Made by a program: the position numbers and the translations under genes. A stretch of 64,000 nt of DNA from Gammaproteobacteria bacterium (GTDB lineage Bacteria; Pseudomonadota; Gammaproteobacteria; SZUA-229). Below are positions 1 through 10,696 of this stretch, piece by piece. The notes beneath the pieces were generated by a model. That model was given only the letters and a program-made list of their open reading frames with translations, had not been told where the DNA came from and searched no databases. Within the stretch, counting starts at the first letter, position 1. The number at the start of each line of letters is the position of its first letter. Where the stretch lies: contig WFMW01000012.1 of assembly GCA_015488885.1 (NCBI GenBank), positions 38,354 to 102,353 of the forward strand, in the 5' to 3' direction.

Positions 1-1773
1 ACCCTTGATGATAGTAACGCCCCGCATTACCAGTGGTTCAATGACGGCACCATGAATGTCAGTTACAACTGTATCGACCGCCACCTTGCCACACAGGCGG
101 CTAAAACAGCGATTATTTTTGAAGGTGAAAACGGTGATACCCGACATATCAGCTACCAGCAGTTACATGATGAAGTCTGTGCATTTGCCAATGCGCTTAA
201 AGCTCAGGGCATAAAAAAGGGCGACAGGGTGGTTATCTATATGCCCATGGTTGCCGAAGCGGTGATTGCGATGCAGGCCTGCGCACGTATCGGTGCTATT
301 CATTCTGTGGTCTTTGGCGGCTTTTCTGCCGAATCATTACGCGACCGCATTGAAGATGCCGGCGCTGTTATGTTAATTACAGCCGATGGCGGTACCCGTG
401 GCGGTAAAATTGTCGAACTGAAACAGGCGGCTGACAAGGCACTAAGCAAAGGTTGCAGCAGTATTCAACATGTTATCGTTCTCAAACGTAGCGGCCATGA
501 TATTGCCATGCAGGCCGGGCGAGACATCTGGTGGCATGATGCCATCGCCGATCAGCCATCCAGCTGTGAACCTGAGTGGGTCAATGCCGAGCACCCGCTG
601 TTTCTGCTTTATACTTCGGGCTCCACAGGCAAACCCAAAGGCATTCAACATGCCAGCGCCGGTTATTTGCTCAATGCCATGACCACCAATTTATGGGTAT
701 TCGATTTACAGGATAATGACATTTTCTGGTGTACTGCCGATGTCGGCTGGATCACCGGCCATACCTATGTTGCCTATGGCCCGCTGGCAGCCGGGGCAAC
801 CGTGGTGATGTACGAAGGCTCACCAATGGTTCCTGATGGTGGTCGCTTCTGGAAAATGTGTGAACAGCATAAAGTCAGCATTTTCTATACGGCCCCCACG
901 GCAATTCGTGCGCTGATGAAACTGGGCGATGATCTACCTGCCGCGTATGACCTGTCCAGCCTGCGCCTGCTTGGCACTGTAGGCGAACCCATCAACCCGG
1001 AAGCGTGGATGTGGTATCACCGGGTTATCGGCAGGCAACGCTGCCCGATTGTCGATACATGGTGGCAAACCGAAACCGGTGCCATCGTTATTTCCCCTGT
1101 TCCCGGCGTAACTGCTACCAAACCCGGCTCCTGTACCCTGCCCCTGCCGGGCATGGATGTTGCCGTGGTTAATGAAGCCGGTGACCCCATTACCAGAGCA
1201 AATACCGGTGGTTATCTGGTAATTAAAAAACCCTGGCCATCTATGGTTAGAACAGTATGGAATGACAACCAGCGTTATATCGATACCTACTATGCAAAAT
1301 TTGGCGGTAAATATTACCTTGCCGGTGACAGCGCCCGCTGTGATGAAGACGGTTATTTCTGGATTATGGGGCGCATTGACGATGTCCTGAATGTATCCGG
1401 CCACCGGCTTGGCACCATGGAAGTAGAATCGGCACTGGTTGCCAATGATGCTGTCGTGGAAGCTGCCGTTGTCGGTAGACCGGATGAACTGAAAGGTGAA
1501 GCCATTGTTGCCTTTGTCATCTGTAAAGGTGAGCGCCCTGCTGGTGAAGCAGCCAGCGCCATGGTACAGGCACTGCGTAACTGGGTCGGTGAACAAATCG
1601 GTGCCATTGCCAAACCTGATGAAATCCGTTTTGCCGATGGTCTGCCAAAAACCCGCTCCGGTAAAATTATGCGGCGTCTACTGCGGGATATTGCCGCCAA
1701 TAAAGCCATTACCTCCGACACGTCAACCCTTGAAAATGAACACGTTGTGGCGCAATTACAGGGCAAGGTCTGA
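1..1773 (+). CDS. acs: Acetyl-CoA synthetase (AMP-forming), 5'-truncated at window edge
   Basis: The frame is open from nt 1 and translates to [19 protein letters not shown], matching the Acs N-region. Adenylate-forming motifs [11 protein letters not shown] and the C-terminal [11 protein letters not shown] are present. The ORF-track start at 52 is an internal Met. Confidence 0.9.
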   Translation, partial: TLDDSNAPHYQWFNDGTMNVSYNCIDRHLATQAAKTAIIFEGENGDTRHISYQQLHDEVCAFANALKAQGIKKGDRVVIYMPMVAEAVIAMQACARIGAIHSVVFGGFSAESLRDRIEDAGAVMLITADGGTRGGKIVELKQAADKALSKGCSSIQHVIVLKRSGHDIAMQAGRDIWWHDAIADQPSSCEPEWVNAEHPLFLLYTSGSTGKPKGIQHASAGYLLNAMTTNLWVFDLQDNDIFWCTADVGWITGHTYVAYGPLAAGATVVMYEGSPMVPDGGRFWKMCEQHKVSIFYTAPTAIRALMKLGDDLPAAYDLSSLRLLGTVGEPINPEAWMWYHRVIGRQRCPIVDTWWQTETGAIVISPVPGVTATKPGSCTLPLPGMDVAVVNEAGDPITRANTGGYLVIKKPWPSMVRTVWNDNQRYIDTYYAKFGGKYYLAGDSARCDEDGYFWIMGRIDDVLNVSGHRLGTMEVESALVANDAVVEAAVVGRPDELKGEAIVAFVICKGERPAGEAASAMVQALRNWVGEQIGAIAKPDEIRFADGLPKTRSGKIMRRLLRDIAANKAITSDTSTLENEHVVAQLQGKV

Positions 1774-1829
1774 CTTTAACCTGAATCCGCAGGTTTAATC
1801 CACTCACTATAATCCAACAGGAAACATTT

Positions 1830-2327
1830 ATGACTACAGTTACTTTCGATACCTCCCACGGTAATATAACCATTGAACTTGATGCAGACAAAGCCCCGGC
1901 AACCGTGGAAAACTTTCTGAATTATGTCAATGATGGTTTTTTTGATGGCACGATCTTTCATCGCGTTATCCCCAACTTTATGATTCAGGGCGGTGGCTTT
2001 ATGCCCGGCATGGTACAGAAACAGACCAGTGATCCAGTAAAAAATGAAGCCGATAACGGCCTCTCCAATGAACGCGGTACCATTGCCATGGCCAGAACCA
2101 ATGACCCGCATTCTGCTACCGCACAGTTTTTTATTAACCATAAAGACAACGCTTTTCTCGACCATAGCGCACCGACCGCCCAGGGCTGGGGTTACTGTGT
2201 GTTTGGTAAAGTCACCGATGGTATGGAAGTGGTGGATGCGATTGCAGCTGTTAGCACCGGCAACAATCAGGGACATGGTGATGTACCGCTGGAAGACGTG
2301 GTGATTAATAACGCCAAAGTTGGCTAA
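1830..2327 (+). CDS. ppiB: Peptidyl-prolyl cis-trans isomerase B (cyclophilin type)
   Basis: 165 aa with the cyclophilin core [15 protein letters not shown] and a [17 protein letters not shown]-like segment. Confidence 0.9.
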   Translation: MTTVTFDTSHGNITIELDADKAPATVENFLNYVNDGFFDGTIFHRVIPNFMIQGGGFMPGMVQKQTSDPVKNEADNGLSNERGTIAMARTNDPHSATAQFFINHKDNAFLDHSAPTAQGWGYCVFGKVTDGMEVVDAIAAVSTGNNQGHGDVPLEDVVINNAKVG

Positions 2328-2355
2328 AGGATGGGCTGATATATCACAGATAAGA

Positions 2356-2464
2356 TAAATAACGGCTATAGCTTGTTTCAGGACCGTCAGCCGCAGGGAT
2401 GCGGGTATCGAGCTTACATGGAAATAGTTACAGCGTGTCCTGAAATAAGCTATAGCCATTATTT
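2356..2464. repeat. MITE-like element, copy 1: about 109 bp bounded by 28 bp imperfect terminal inverted repeats with an internal GC hairpin
   Basis: Left arm aaataacggctatagcttgtttcaggac (2356-2383) against right arm gtcctgaaataagctatagccattattt (2437-2464) gives 26 of 28 complementary positions. The interior contains ccgcagggatgcgg. It is homologous to the element at 9783-9876. Confidence 0.6.
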
Positions 2465-2503
2465 GCCAGCAATTGTTAACAAACCATTTATAACCCGGCA
2501 ACT

Positions 2504-3244
2504 ATGACTGATACACTGTTTATTTCCGACCTGCATCTTGCACCTGAACGCCCACAGATCATGCAGCTGTTTATCGACTTTACCCGGCAGATTGCCGCCT
2601 CGGCAAACAGCCTGTATATACTCGGTGATTTCCTTGAAGTCTGGTGGGGCGATGATGACCCGGCAACCGCCTGTCAGCCGGTATTTGATGCCATTGCTGA
2701 ACTGGTTGACAAACACCACACCCCGGTTTATCTAATGCATGGTAATCGCGATTTTATGATTGGCCAGGCACTGGCCGAACGTTGCCATTTTGAACTTATT
2801 AATGACCCCTGTAAAATGACGATTGCCGGTCAAAAAACCCTGTTGATTCATGGCGACAGTTTATGCACTGATGATATTGCCTACCAGAAATTCCGTCAGA
2901 TGGTAAGGAACCCGCTATGGCAACAACAGGCGCTCAGCAAAACACTGGAAGAACGTTATGCCATGGCACACTCTATTCGTGAACAGAGCAAATCCAGTAA
3001 CGCGCTAAAAGCCGAGGAGATTATGGATGTTAATGAGGCGGCAACCCGGCAGCTTTTTATCGATCAAAACATCAGCCTGCTGATTCATGGCCATACCCAC
3101 CGCCCGGCCATTCATCAGCTGAATATCAATAACAAACCGGTACAGCGCATTGTACTGGGTGACTGGTACAAGCAGGGAAATTATTGCCGCATCAGCCCGG
3201 ATAAGCCTGCTGAAATAATAGCTTACCCGACAGACGCCTTATAG
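2504..3244 (+). CDS. lpxH: UDP-2,3-diacylglucosamine diphosphatase
   Basis: N-terminus MTDTLFISDLHL and calcineurin-like metallophosphatase motifs (GDFLEVWWGDD, GNRDF, HGHTHRP). ppiB-lpxH adjacency matches E. coli. Confidence 0.85.
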   Translation: MTDTLFISDLHLAPERPQIMQLFIDFTRQIAASANSLYILGDFLEVWWGDDDPATACQPVFDAIAELVDKHHTPVYLMHGNRDFMIGQALAERCHFELINDPCKMTIAGQKTLLIHGDSLCTDDIAYQKFRQMVRNPLWQQQALSKTLEERYAMAHSIREQSKSSNALKAEEIMDVNEAATRQLFIDQNISLLIHGHTHRPAIHQLNINNKPVQRIVLGDWYKQGNYCRISPDKPAEIIAYPTDAL

Positions 3245-3283
3245 AAAGATAACCACTCAGTCCAGGCCATTTTCTTCCCGGAT

Positions 3284-3820
3284 TTATTTTCTTCCCCGGT
3301 TTATTTTCATGGATAACAAGCTGCCAAGACTAACCAGCAAACTCCCTGCAAACAAAGCTAACGACAGCACCATCAACGCCTCGGCCATGGTAATACCAAA
3401 CGCCAGCACTGGCGTATAACCGCATGATGTTTCCACCCCGAACAGCCAGGGAAACCATTTATCCAGCGCCAGCCAGGCGGGTAGCCCAAGACTGAAACCA
3501 CAGTCAGAAATAATAAACCCGCGTTCTGTTCCCAATAACTGATAGGAACGGTCAACCAGCCCGATCGCGATCAACACAACAAAAAACTGCATCAGCAGAT
3601 TGGGTATTTTTATTTGTCGCGTCAGCAAACCGACCACACATACAATAATTAGCAAGGCTATCCACATACGCACCTGTATGCACATAATACATGGCAGCTC
3701 ATGACGCTGATACTGAAAATACAGGGCAATAGCCAGTGAAGCCAGGCCACTGAGAATATAAAACCACCAGTACCATGGGCTATGGGCAATACGATCAAGT
3801 TTTTTAAGTATTGAATTCAT
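3284..3820 (-). CDS. dsbB: Disulfide bond formation protein B
   Basis: 178 aa four-TM protein with a CxxC pair (CIMC) in the first periplasmic loop and a second Cys pair downstream. Size and topology fit DsbB. Confidence 0.75.
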   Translation of the reverse strand: MNSILKKLDRIAHSPWYWWFYILSGLASLAIALYFQYQRHELPCIMCIQVRMWIALLIIVCVVGLLTRQIKIPNLLMQFFVVLIAIGLVDRSYQLLGTERGFIISDCGFSLGLPAWLALDKWFPWLFGVETSCGYTPVLAFGITMAEALMVLSLALFAGSLLVSLGSLLSMKINRGRK

Positions 3821-3911
3821 TATTAAAATACATTAGATTCTAAATTAATCGTAACTACTCAGCAAATAGTCATATAATAAAAATAATCATCATTGCACGG
3901 AGTATATACAA

Positions 3912-4985
3912 ATGAAAGAAAATAATCTGTTTGCCGAGATCAAACTGGGAACATTAACACTCAAAAATCGCATCGTCATGGCACCGATGACAAGAAACCG
4001 GGCTGGTGAAGGCAATGTGCCACAGGCAATGAATATTGAATATTACCATCAACGTGCCAGTGCGGGGCTGATTATTACCGAGGCCTCACAGGTATCACCC
4101 GAAGCGGTCGGTTACCCCGGTACGCCCGGCATCTACAATCTACAACAGGTTACAGGCTGGCGCAAAATAACCGATGCAGTACACAGTGAAAATGGCCATA
4201 TTTTTCTACAATTATGGTTTTGTGGGCGCATTTCACACCCGGATTTATTACCTGATCATCAACAACCGGCTGCCCCCTCGGCAATAAAACCCGAGGGTGA
4301 AGCGATTACCTTTGAAGGAATGAAAGCCTTTGTACAACCTCGCGCTCTGGAAGCCGATGAAATCAAGGCCATTATCGGCCAATATCAGCACGCGGCAGCA
4401 ATGGCAAAACAGGCCGGTTTCGATGGCGTGGAAATCCATGCTGCCAATGGTTATTTAATTGACCAGTTTCTGCGCGATGGCAGTAACCGGCGTAATGACC
4501 TCTATGGTGGCAACCGGGAAAACCGGATGCGTTTTTTAAACGCCGTGATAGATGCAGTATTAACCGTCTGGGACAGCCATTATGTCGGCGTTCGACTCAG
4601 CCCCGAAAACACTTTTAACAGCATGTCCGATAGCAACCCGCAAGCACATTTTGGGTTTTTTATTAACCAGCTCAATGCCCGTAAGCTGGCCTATATTCAC
4701 CTGCTTGAAGGTGACATGGTGAAGGGACAAAGCCAGCTTGATTATCGTAGCCTGCGGAACGCTTATCAGGGAATTTATATCGCCAATAATGGTTACGACA
4801 AAAGTCGCGCGCAAACCGCCATTGAACAGGGTGACTGTGATCTGGTTGCCTTTGGGCGCCCCTATATTGCCAACCCTGATCTGGTTACGCGCTACCGGCA
4901 TAATCTGCCCTTAAACACCCCGGATCCAGCAACATTTTATGGTGGCGATGAAACCGGCTATACTGATTACCCTGCTGCCGACTAA
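3912..4985 (+). CDS. NADH:flavin oxidoreductase, Old Yellow Enzyme family (N-ethylmaleimide reductase-like)
   Basis: 357 aa. MAPMTRNRA at the N-terminus, HAANGYLIDQFL and VAFGRPYIANPDL are OYE/NemA hallmarks. Confidence 0.8.
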   Translation: MKENNLFAEIKLGTLTLKNRIVMAPMTRNRAGEGNVPQAMNIEYYHQRASAGLIITEASQVSPEAVGYPGTPGIYNLQQVTGWRKITDAVHSENGHIFLQLWFCGRISHPDLLPDHQQPAAPSAIKPEGEAITFEGMKAFVQPRALEADEIKAIIGQYQHAAAMAKQAGFDGVEIHAANGYLIDQFLRDGSNRRNDLYGGNRENRMRFLNAVIDAVLTVWDSHYVGVRLSPENTFNSMSDSNPQAHFGFFINQLNARKLAYIHLLEGDMVKGQSQLDYRSLRNAYQGIYIANNGYDKSRAQTAIEQGDCDLVAFGRPYIANPDLVTRYRHNLPLNTPDPATFYGGDETGYTDYPAAD

Positions 4986-5010
4986 ATTATTTTTGTAACT
5001 ACCCAGCTAA

Positions 5011-5100
5011 CCGCTGAAATGAGCCAGCTCAGCGTTAAAAAAATGGACATTTACACATGTAAACTCACATTTTTCACCTTAATCTGACTCATTTCAGCGG
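5011..5100. repeat. 13 bp perfect inverted repeat pair (ccgctgaaatgag / ctcatttcagcgg) with a 64 bp spacer in the nemA-like/galE intergenic region
   Basis: Direct inspection. The spacer contains the near-palindrome tttacacatgtaaa. Confidence 0.4.
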
Positions 5101-5322
5101 CAATCTGAGCAGTTACTGTTACATTTGACTACTCACTGAGTGGTTACTTATTTTTTAAATAGTCGTCAAATTCATCTTAATTAAAATAAACACTATACTT
5201 ACCCATAAATAAAACGGTGTATTTGAAACAGTGCATTGCTAATAATCCTGAGTTTTGCACAGTGACCGGTTGCAGTGATAAACCATACTCCCTGTTTTGA
5301 TAACAATTTTGAGGACAATTTT

Positions 5323-6345
5323 GTGACTAAAGTTTTAATTACCGGCGGTGCCGGCTATATCGGCTCCCATACCTGTATTGAATTTCTCCAGGCGGGTAGA
5401 CAGATACTGGTACTGGATAATTTATGTAATGCCAGTAAGGAATCATTAAATCGGGTAGAAACCATCACCGGCAAAGCGGTTGAATTTATTGAAGGAGACA
5501 TGCGTGACCGGGCATTACTGAAAACCCTTTTTAAACAACATGATATTAGTTCGGTGATACATTTTGCCGGTTTGAAAGCTGTTGGTGAATCGGTTTCCAT
5601 ACCGCTGATTTATTACGATAATAATATTAACGGCAGCCTGATTCTGTTTGAAGAAATGGCAGCCGCCGGGGTTAAAAACATTGTCTTCAGCTCATCGGCA
5701 ACCGTTTATGGTGACCCGCATACGGTTCCCATTCAAGAAGACTTTCCGCTGTCCGCCACCAACCCCTATGGGCGCTCAAAACTGATTATCGAAGAAGTAT
5801 TGCGTGATGTATTCGTTGCCGACAAACAGTGGAAAATTGCCCTGCTACGCTATTTCAACCCGGTTGGTGCCCATGCCAGTGGTTTAATTGGTGAAGACCC
5901 CAATGATATACCTAATAATCTGATGCCGTTTATTTCCCAGACTGCTGTTGGTATCCGCGAAAAACTCAATATATTTGGCGGTGATTATGACACCCCGGAC
6001 GGCACCGGTGTACGCGATTATATTCATGTTGTTGACCTTGCCAGAGGCCATTTAAAAGCCATCGAAGCACTGGAAGCAAATACCGAAGGCCATATACTTA
6101 CCGTTAATCTTGGCACCGGCCAGGGTTACTCGGTGCTGGATATGGTCAAAGCCTTTGAAAAAGCTTCGGGCAAAAAAGTAAACTATGAAATTATCGAGCG
6201 TCGCCCCGGTGATATTGCCATGTGTTTTGCGGATCCGGCCTTAGCCAGAGAACTATTAGGCTGGCAGGCAGAATTTGGTGTCGAACGCATGTGTGAAGAC
6301 GCCTGGCGCTGGCAGTCACAGAACCCACATGGTTATAAAAAATAG
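5323..6345 (+). CDS. galE: UDP-glucose 4-epimerase
   Basis: [13 protein letters not shown] Rossmann motif and the YGRSK catalytic motif. A GTG at 5323 preceded by GAGGA is the likely start; the ORF-track ATG at 5275 adds a non-conserved 16 aa extension. Confidence 0.85.
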   Translation: MTKVLITGGAGYIGSHTCIEFLQAGRQILVLDNLCNASKESLNRVETITGKAVEFIEGDMRDRALLKTLFKQHDISSVIHFAGLKAVGESVSIPLIYYDNNINGSLILFEEMAAAGVKNIVFSSSATVYGDPHTVPIQEDFPLSATNPYGRSKLIIEEVLRDVFVADKQWKIALLRYFNPVGAHASGLIGEDPNDIPNNLMPFISQTAVGIREKLNIFGGDYDTPDGTGVRDYIHVVDLARGHLKAIEALEANTEGHILTVNLGTGQGYSVLDMVKAFEKASGKKVNYEIIERRPGDIAMCFADPALARELLGWQAEFGVERMCEDAWRWQSQNPHGYKK

Positions 6346-6505
6346 CGGCTCTATTTCAGTGCTTCTCATTTCAGTGCTTCCTTATATATCTGTTTCTTGA
6401 TCTGTATCAATTGATTTTATATTTTAAAGTCATTACTCTGTTTTGATTTAAAAAAAGTGATTTAAGAAAAAAACTAACTTCAGAAATTCAGAAACAGATT
6501 TTATT

Positions 6506-6790
6506 ATGAGAGATAACAGTAATAAGATGCTGATATTGCTTCAGCATATCCCGTTGGACATGACCCGTGATGATATTGCTGACTTAACTGACCATATAAA
6601 AATTGTTACCGGTATTAAACTGATTAACAATAATACAAATACTATGTTAAATTACGCATGGATTGAGTTAACCTGCAATAATTGTACACAGGCAGGATTA
6701 AATGCAATCTGCGATGTATTAAATCATCGCTATTTTCACCATAGTAAAATACAGGCCTACCCGGTATTATTTTCTCATCAAAATATTTAA
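6506..6790 (+). CDS. Hypothetical small protein (94 aa) in an AT-rich islet, possibly with an RRM/ferredoxin-like fold
   Basis: Single ORF in the 700 bp AT-rich gap after galE. Its hydrophobic/polar pattern (LILLQHIP ... IVTGIKLI ... NYAWIEL ... KIQAY) loosely resembles beta-alpha-beta-beta-alpha-beta. No canonical RNP motifs are present and the RBS is weak. Confidence 0.3.
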   Translation: MRDNSNKMLILLQHIPLDMTRDDIADLTDHIKIVTGIKLINNNTNTMLNYAWIELTCNNCTQAGLNAICDVLNHRYFHHSKIQAYPVLFSHQNI

Positions 6791-7053
6791 GGAAGCTATG
6801 AACAAATCGTGAATATATATCTTGCGTCCAGAATTCTCCATAGCTATGTTACCAAGCAATTGAAATAGAATAACTATTCCAGTTACTTATCATTAACATA
6901 AAAGATTTTATCAGCACCTCTCTGGATTTTACCGGCAAAAAAGGCGACAATACTCACTCTGTTAATTAACCTGTTCCACACCAGAATATCGTACAACATC
7001 AGTGTGACAGGACAGAGATATTTACCTAAGTAATTTAAGAACGGATAACTATT

Positions 7054-9134
<2,081 letters not shown>

Positions 9135-9719
9135 TTATTTGTCTGATTGCTGTTCAGCATCCAGATAAGCATGATAACTTTTAAATAAAGCCGGGATCTG
9201 TGATAAGGTCGGTGCACCGTCCATCAGTAATACCAGCGGTATAATTTCAAATACCTGTTCAATGCTTATACCAATTGCCAGACCATCATGCAGATGCAAA
9301 TCAATCTGTGCGCGATCCTGCTTGATAACCGATATAGCCAGGGCAATCATTTCCCGCAGACGATGTTTTTCGATTTTTTTCGAATAACTGAATTTCTTCC
9401 AGCTTTTTACCCAGTCATCCCATAAAATACTGTCAGCTGCAGGCGCGGCAAACATAAATAACACAGCATTATTGACCTGACTTTTGTTTTTCTCATCCGC
9501 ACCCAGTTTTACTGCATCTCTGGTGTGAATATCAATGCAGCGATGACAGTCCTTATACAGGGCCATGCCCAGCGTTATCAGTTCTTTCTGCAGGCGTGTT
9601 AACTGGCCTTTTCTGGTACTTTCCTGCGACAGCTCACCAAGAATTTCGAAATATTCCTGAAACCCGTACTGGCTGGCTTCACGAAAATATTGCGGATAAT
9701 TAATATTTTTTTCTGACAT
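9135..9719 (-). CDS. Carboxymuconolactone decarboxylase (AhpD-like) family protein
   Basis: 194 aa. LITLGMALYKDCHRCIDIHTRDAVKLGA matches the AhpD/CMD CxxC-H core motif. Confidence 0.55.
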   Translation of the reverse strand: MSEKNINYPQYFREASQYGFQEYFEILGELSQESTRKGQLTRLQKELITLGMALYKDCHRCIDIHTRDAVKLGADEKNKSQVNNAVLFMFAAPAADSILWDDWVKSWKKFSYSKKIEKHRLREMIALAISVIKQDRAQIDLHLHDGLAIGISIEQVFEIIPLVLLMDGAPTLSQIPALFKSYHAYLDAEQQSDK

Positions 9720-9782
9720 AAAGACCCTGCTATAGTTGGATAAATAATCATTGCTGTCCAGTTATCAATATAGATACATGGA

Positions 9783-9876
9783 ACGGTAATCTTTTTCAGG
9801 ACCATTACGCCGCATGGATGCGGCATACGAGTGTACATGGATGTATTCACAACGTGTCATGAAAAAGATTCCCGTT
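9783..9876. repeat. MITE-like element, copy 2: about 94 bp, homologous to 2356-2464, with 21 bp terminal inverted repeats
   Basis: Left arm aacggtaatctttttcaggac (9783-9803), right arm gtcatgaaaaagattcccgtt (9856-9876). The interior ttcaggacc...ccgcatggatgcgg...acatgga...acgtgtcatgaaa aligns with copy 1 at roughly 75 percent identity. Confidence 0.6.
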
Positions 9877-10017
9877 TCATGTCTCGGATTACGTTAACAA
9901 ATTAATGACAAAACAACCATATAAATATTTCCGCGATAACTTTAACGGGACAGCAATAATAGCTAATAATCAAGCATCAAGTTTAACAGTCAACAATATT
10001 TATTTAATTGACAATTC

Positions 10018-10692
10018 TCAACCCGCAGCCTTTTTATCCACAAACCAGTGTTTTTCACCCACCAGATTAATCGGCAACAAGTCACCTGAACGAATTTTAT
10101 TTAACGCCGCCGTTTTATTTTTTCCCGTTGCCAGTACCACCCGCAAACGGGCACTGGCAAGGGTTGATAAACCTAATGATACGCGTTCAGCAGGCGGTTT
10201 GGGCGCATTAAACACCGGCACCACCTTGCGTTTATCCTGCAGCGCCGGATTTCCAGGAAATAAACTGGCGGTATGGCCATCCTCCCCCATGCCCAGTAAA
10301 ACCAGATCAAAATGATCAAACGCTGCCAGCCGCATGGCATAATCGGCGGCTGCCTGTTGCGCACCGAACTGAGCTTCAATCGGGTAGAATTTTCCTGCAC
10401 CAACCTGCTGCGTTGAGAATAACTGCTGCCGAATCATTGTGTCATTACGTTGCGGGTCACCAACGGGTAAACAACGTTCGTCCCCCATATACCAGATCAG
10501 CCGTGACCAGGGTAAATCACGCCGGGAAAGTTGCTGTAAACAAAGTGCCGGGGTATTGCCTCCCGGTAGGGCAATACGACAGTATGACTGGTGCTGAATA
10601 CAACGATTAATACTGTCCTGAATAAAATCAGCAGCAGCTATCGCCAGCTGTTCTGCAGTAGCAAAAACATGAAAGTTTTGCAGTGCTTTCAT
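10018..10692 (-). CDS. pgl: 6-phosphogluconolactonase
   Basis: MGEDGHTASLFPG motif. Start taken at MKALQNF (10692), 4 nt after the zwf stop. The ORF-track start at 10725 would overlap zwf. Confidence 0.85.
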   Translation of the reverse strand: MKALQNFHVFATAEQLAIAAADFIQDSINRCIQHQSYCRIALPGGNTPALCLQQLSRRDLPWSRLIWYMGDERCLPVGDPQRNDTMIRQQLFSTQQVGAGKFYPIEAQFGAQQAAADYAMRLAAFDHFDLVLLGMGEDGHTASLFPGNPALQDKRKVVPVFNAPKPPAERVSLGLSTLASARLRVVLATGKNKTAALNKIRSGDLLPINLVGEKHWFVDKKAAG

Positions 10693-10696
10693 ATTC

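Noticed and set aside
934-1596. 220 aa minus-strand ORF (and 1353-1766) inside acs
   Set aside because: Antisense to a strongly supported Acs reading frame. No motifs. Typical shadow ORF.
1776-2501. 241 aa minus-strand ORF spanning ppiB
   Set aside because: Completely overlaps ppiB on the opposite strand and runs through the MITE-like element. No recognisable domain.
5275-5322. N-terminal extensions proposed by the ORF track for galE
   Set aside because: The extension is non-conserved relative to well-known orthologs. A downstream GTG at 5323 with a GAGGA RBS fits better. The galE coordinates were trimmed accordingly.
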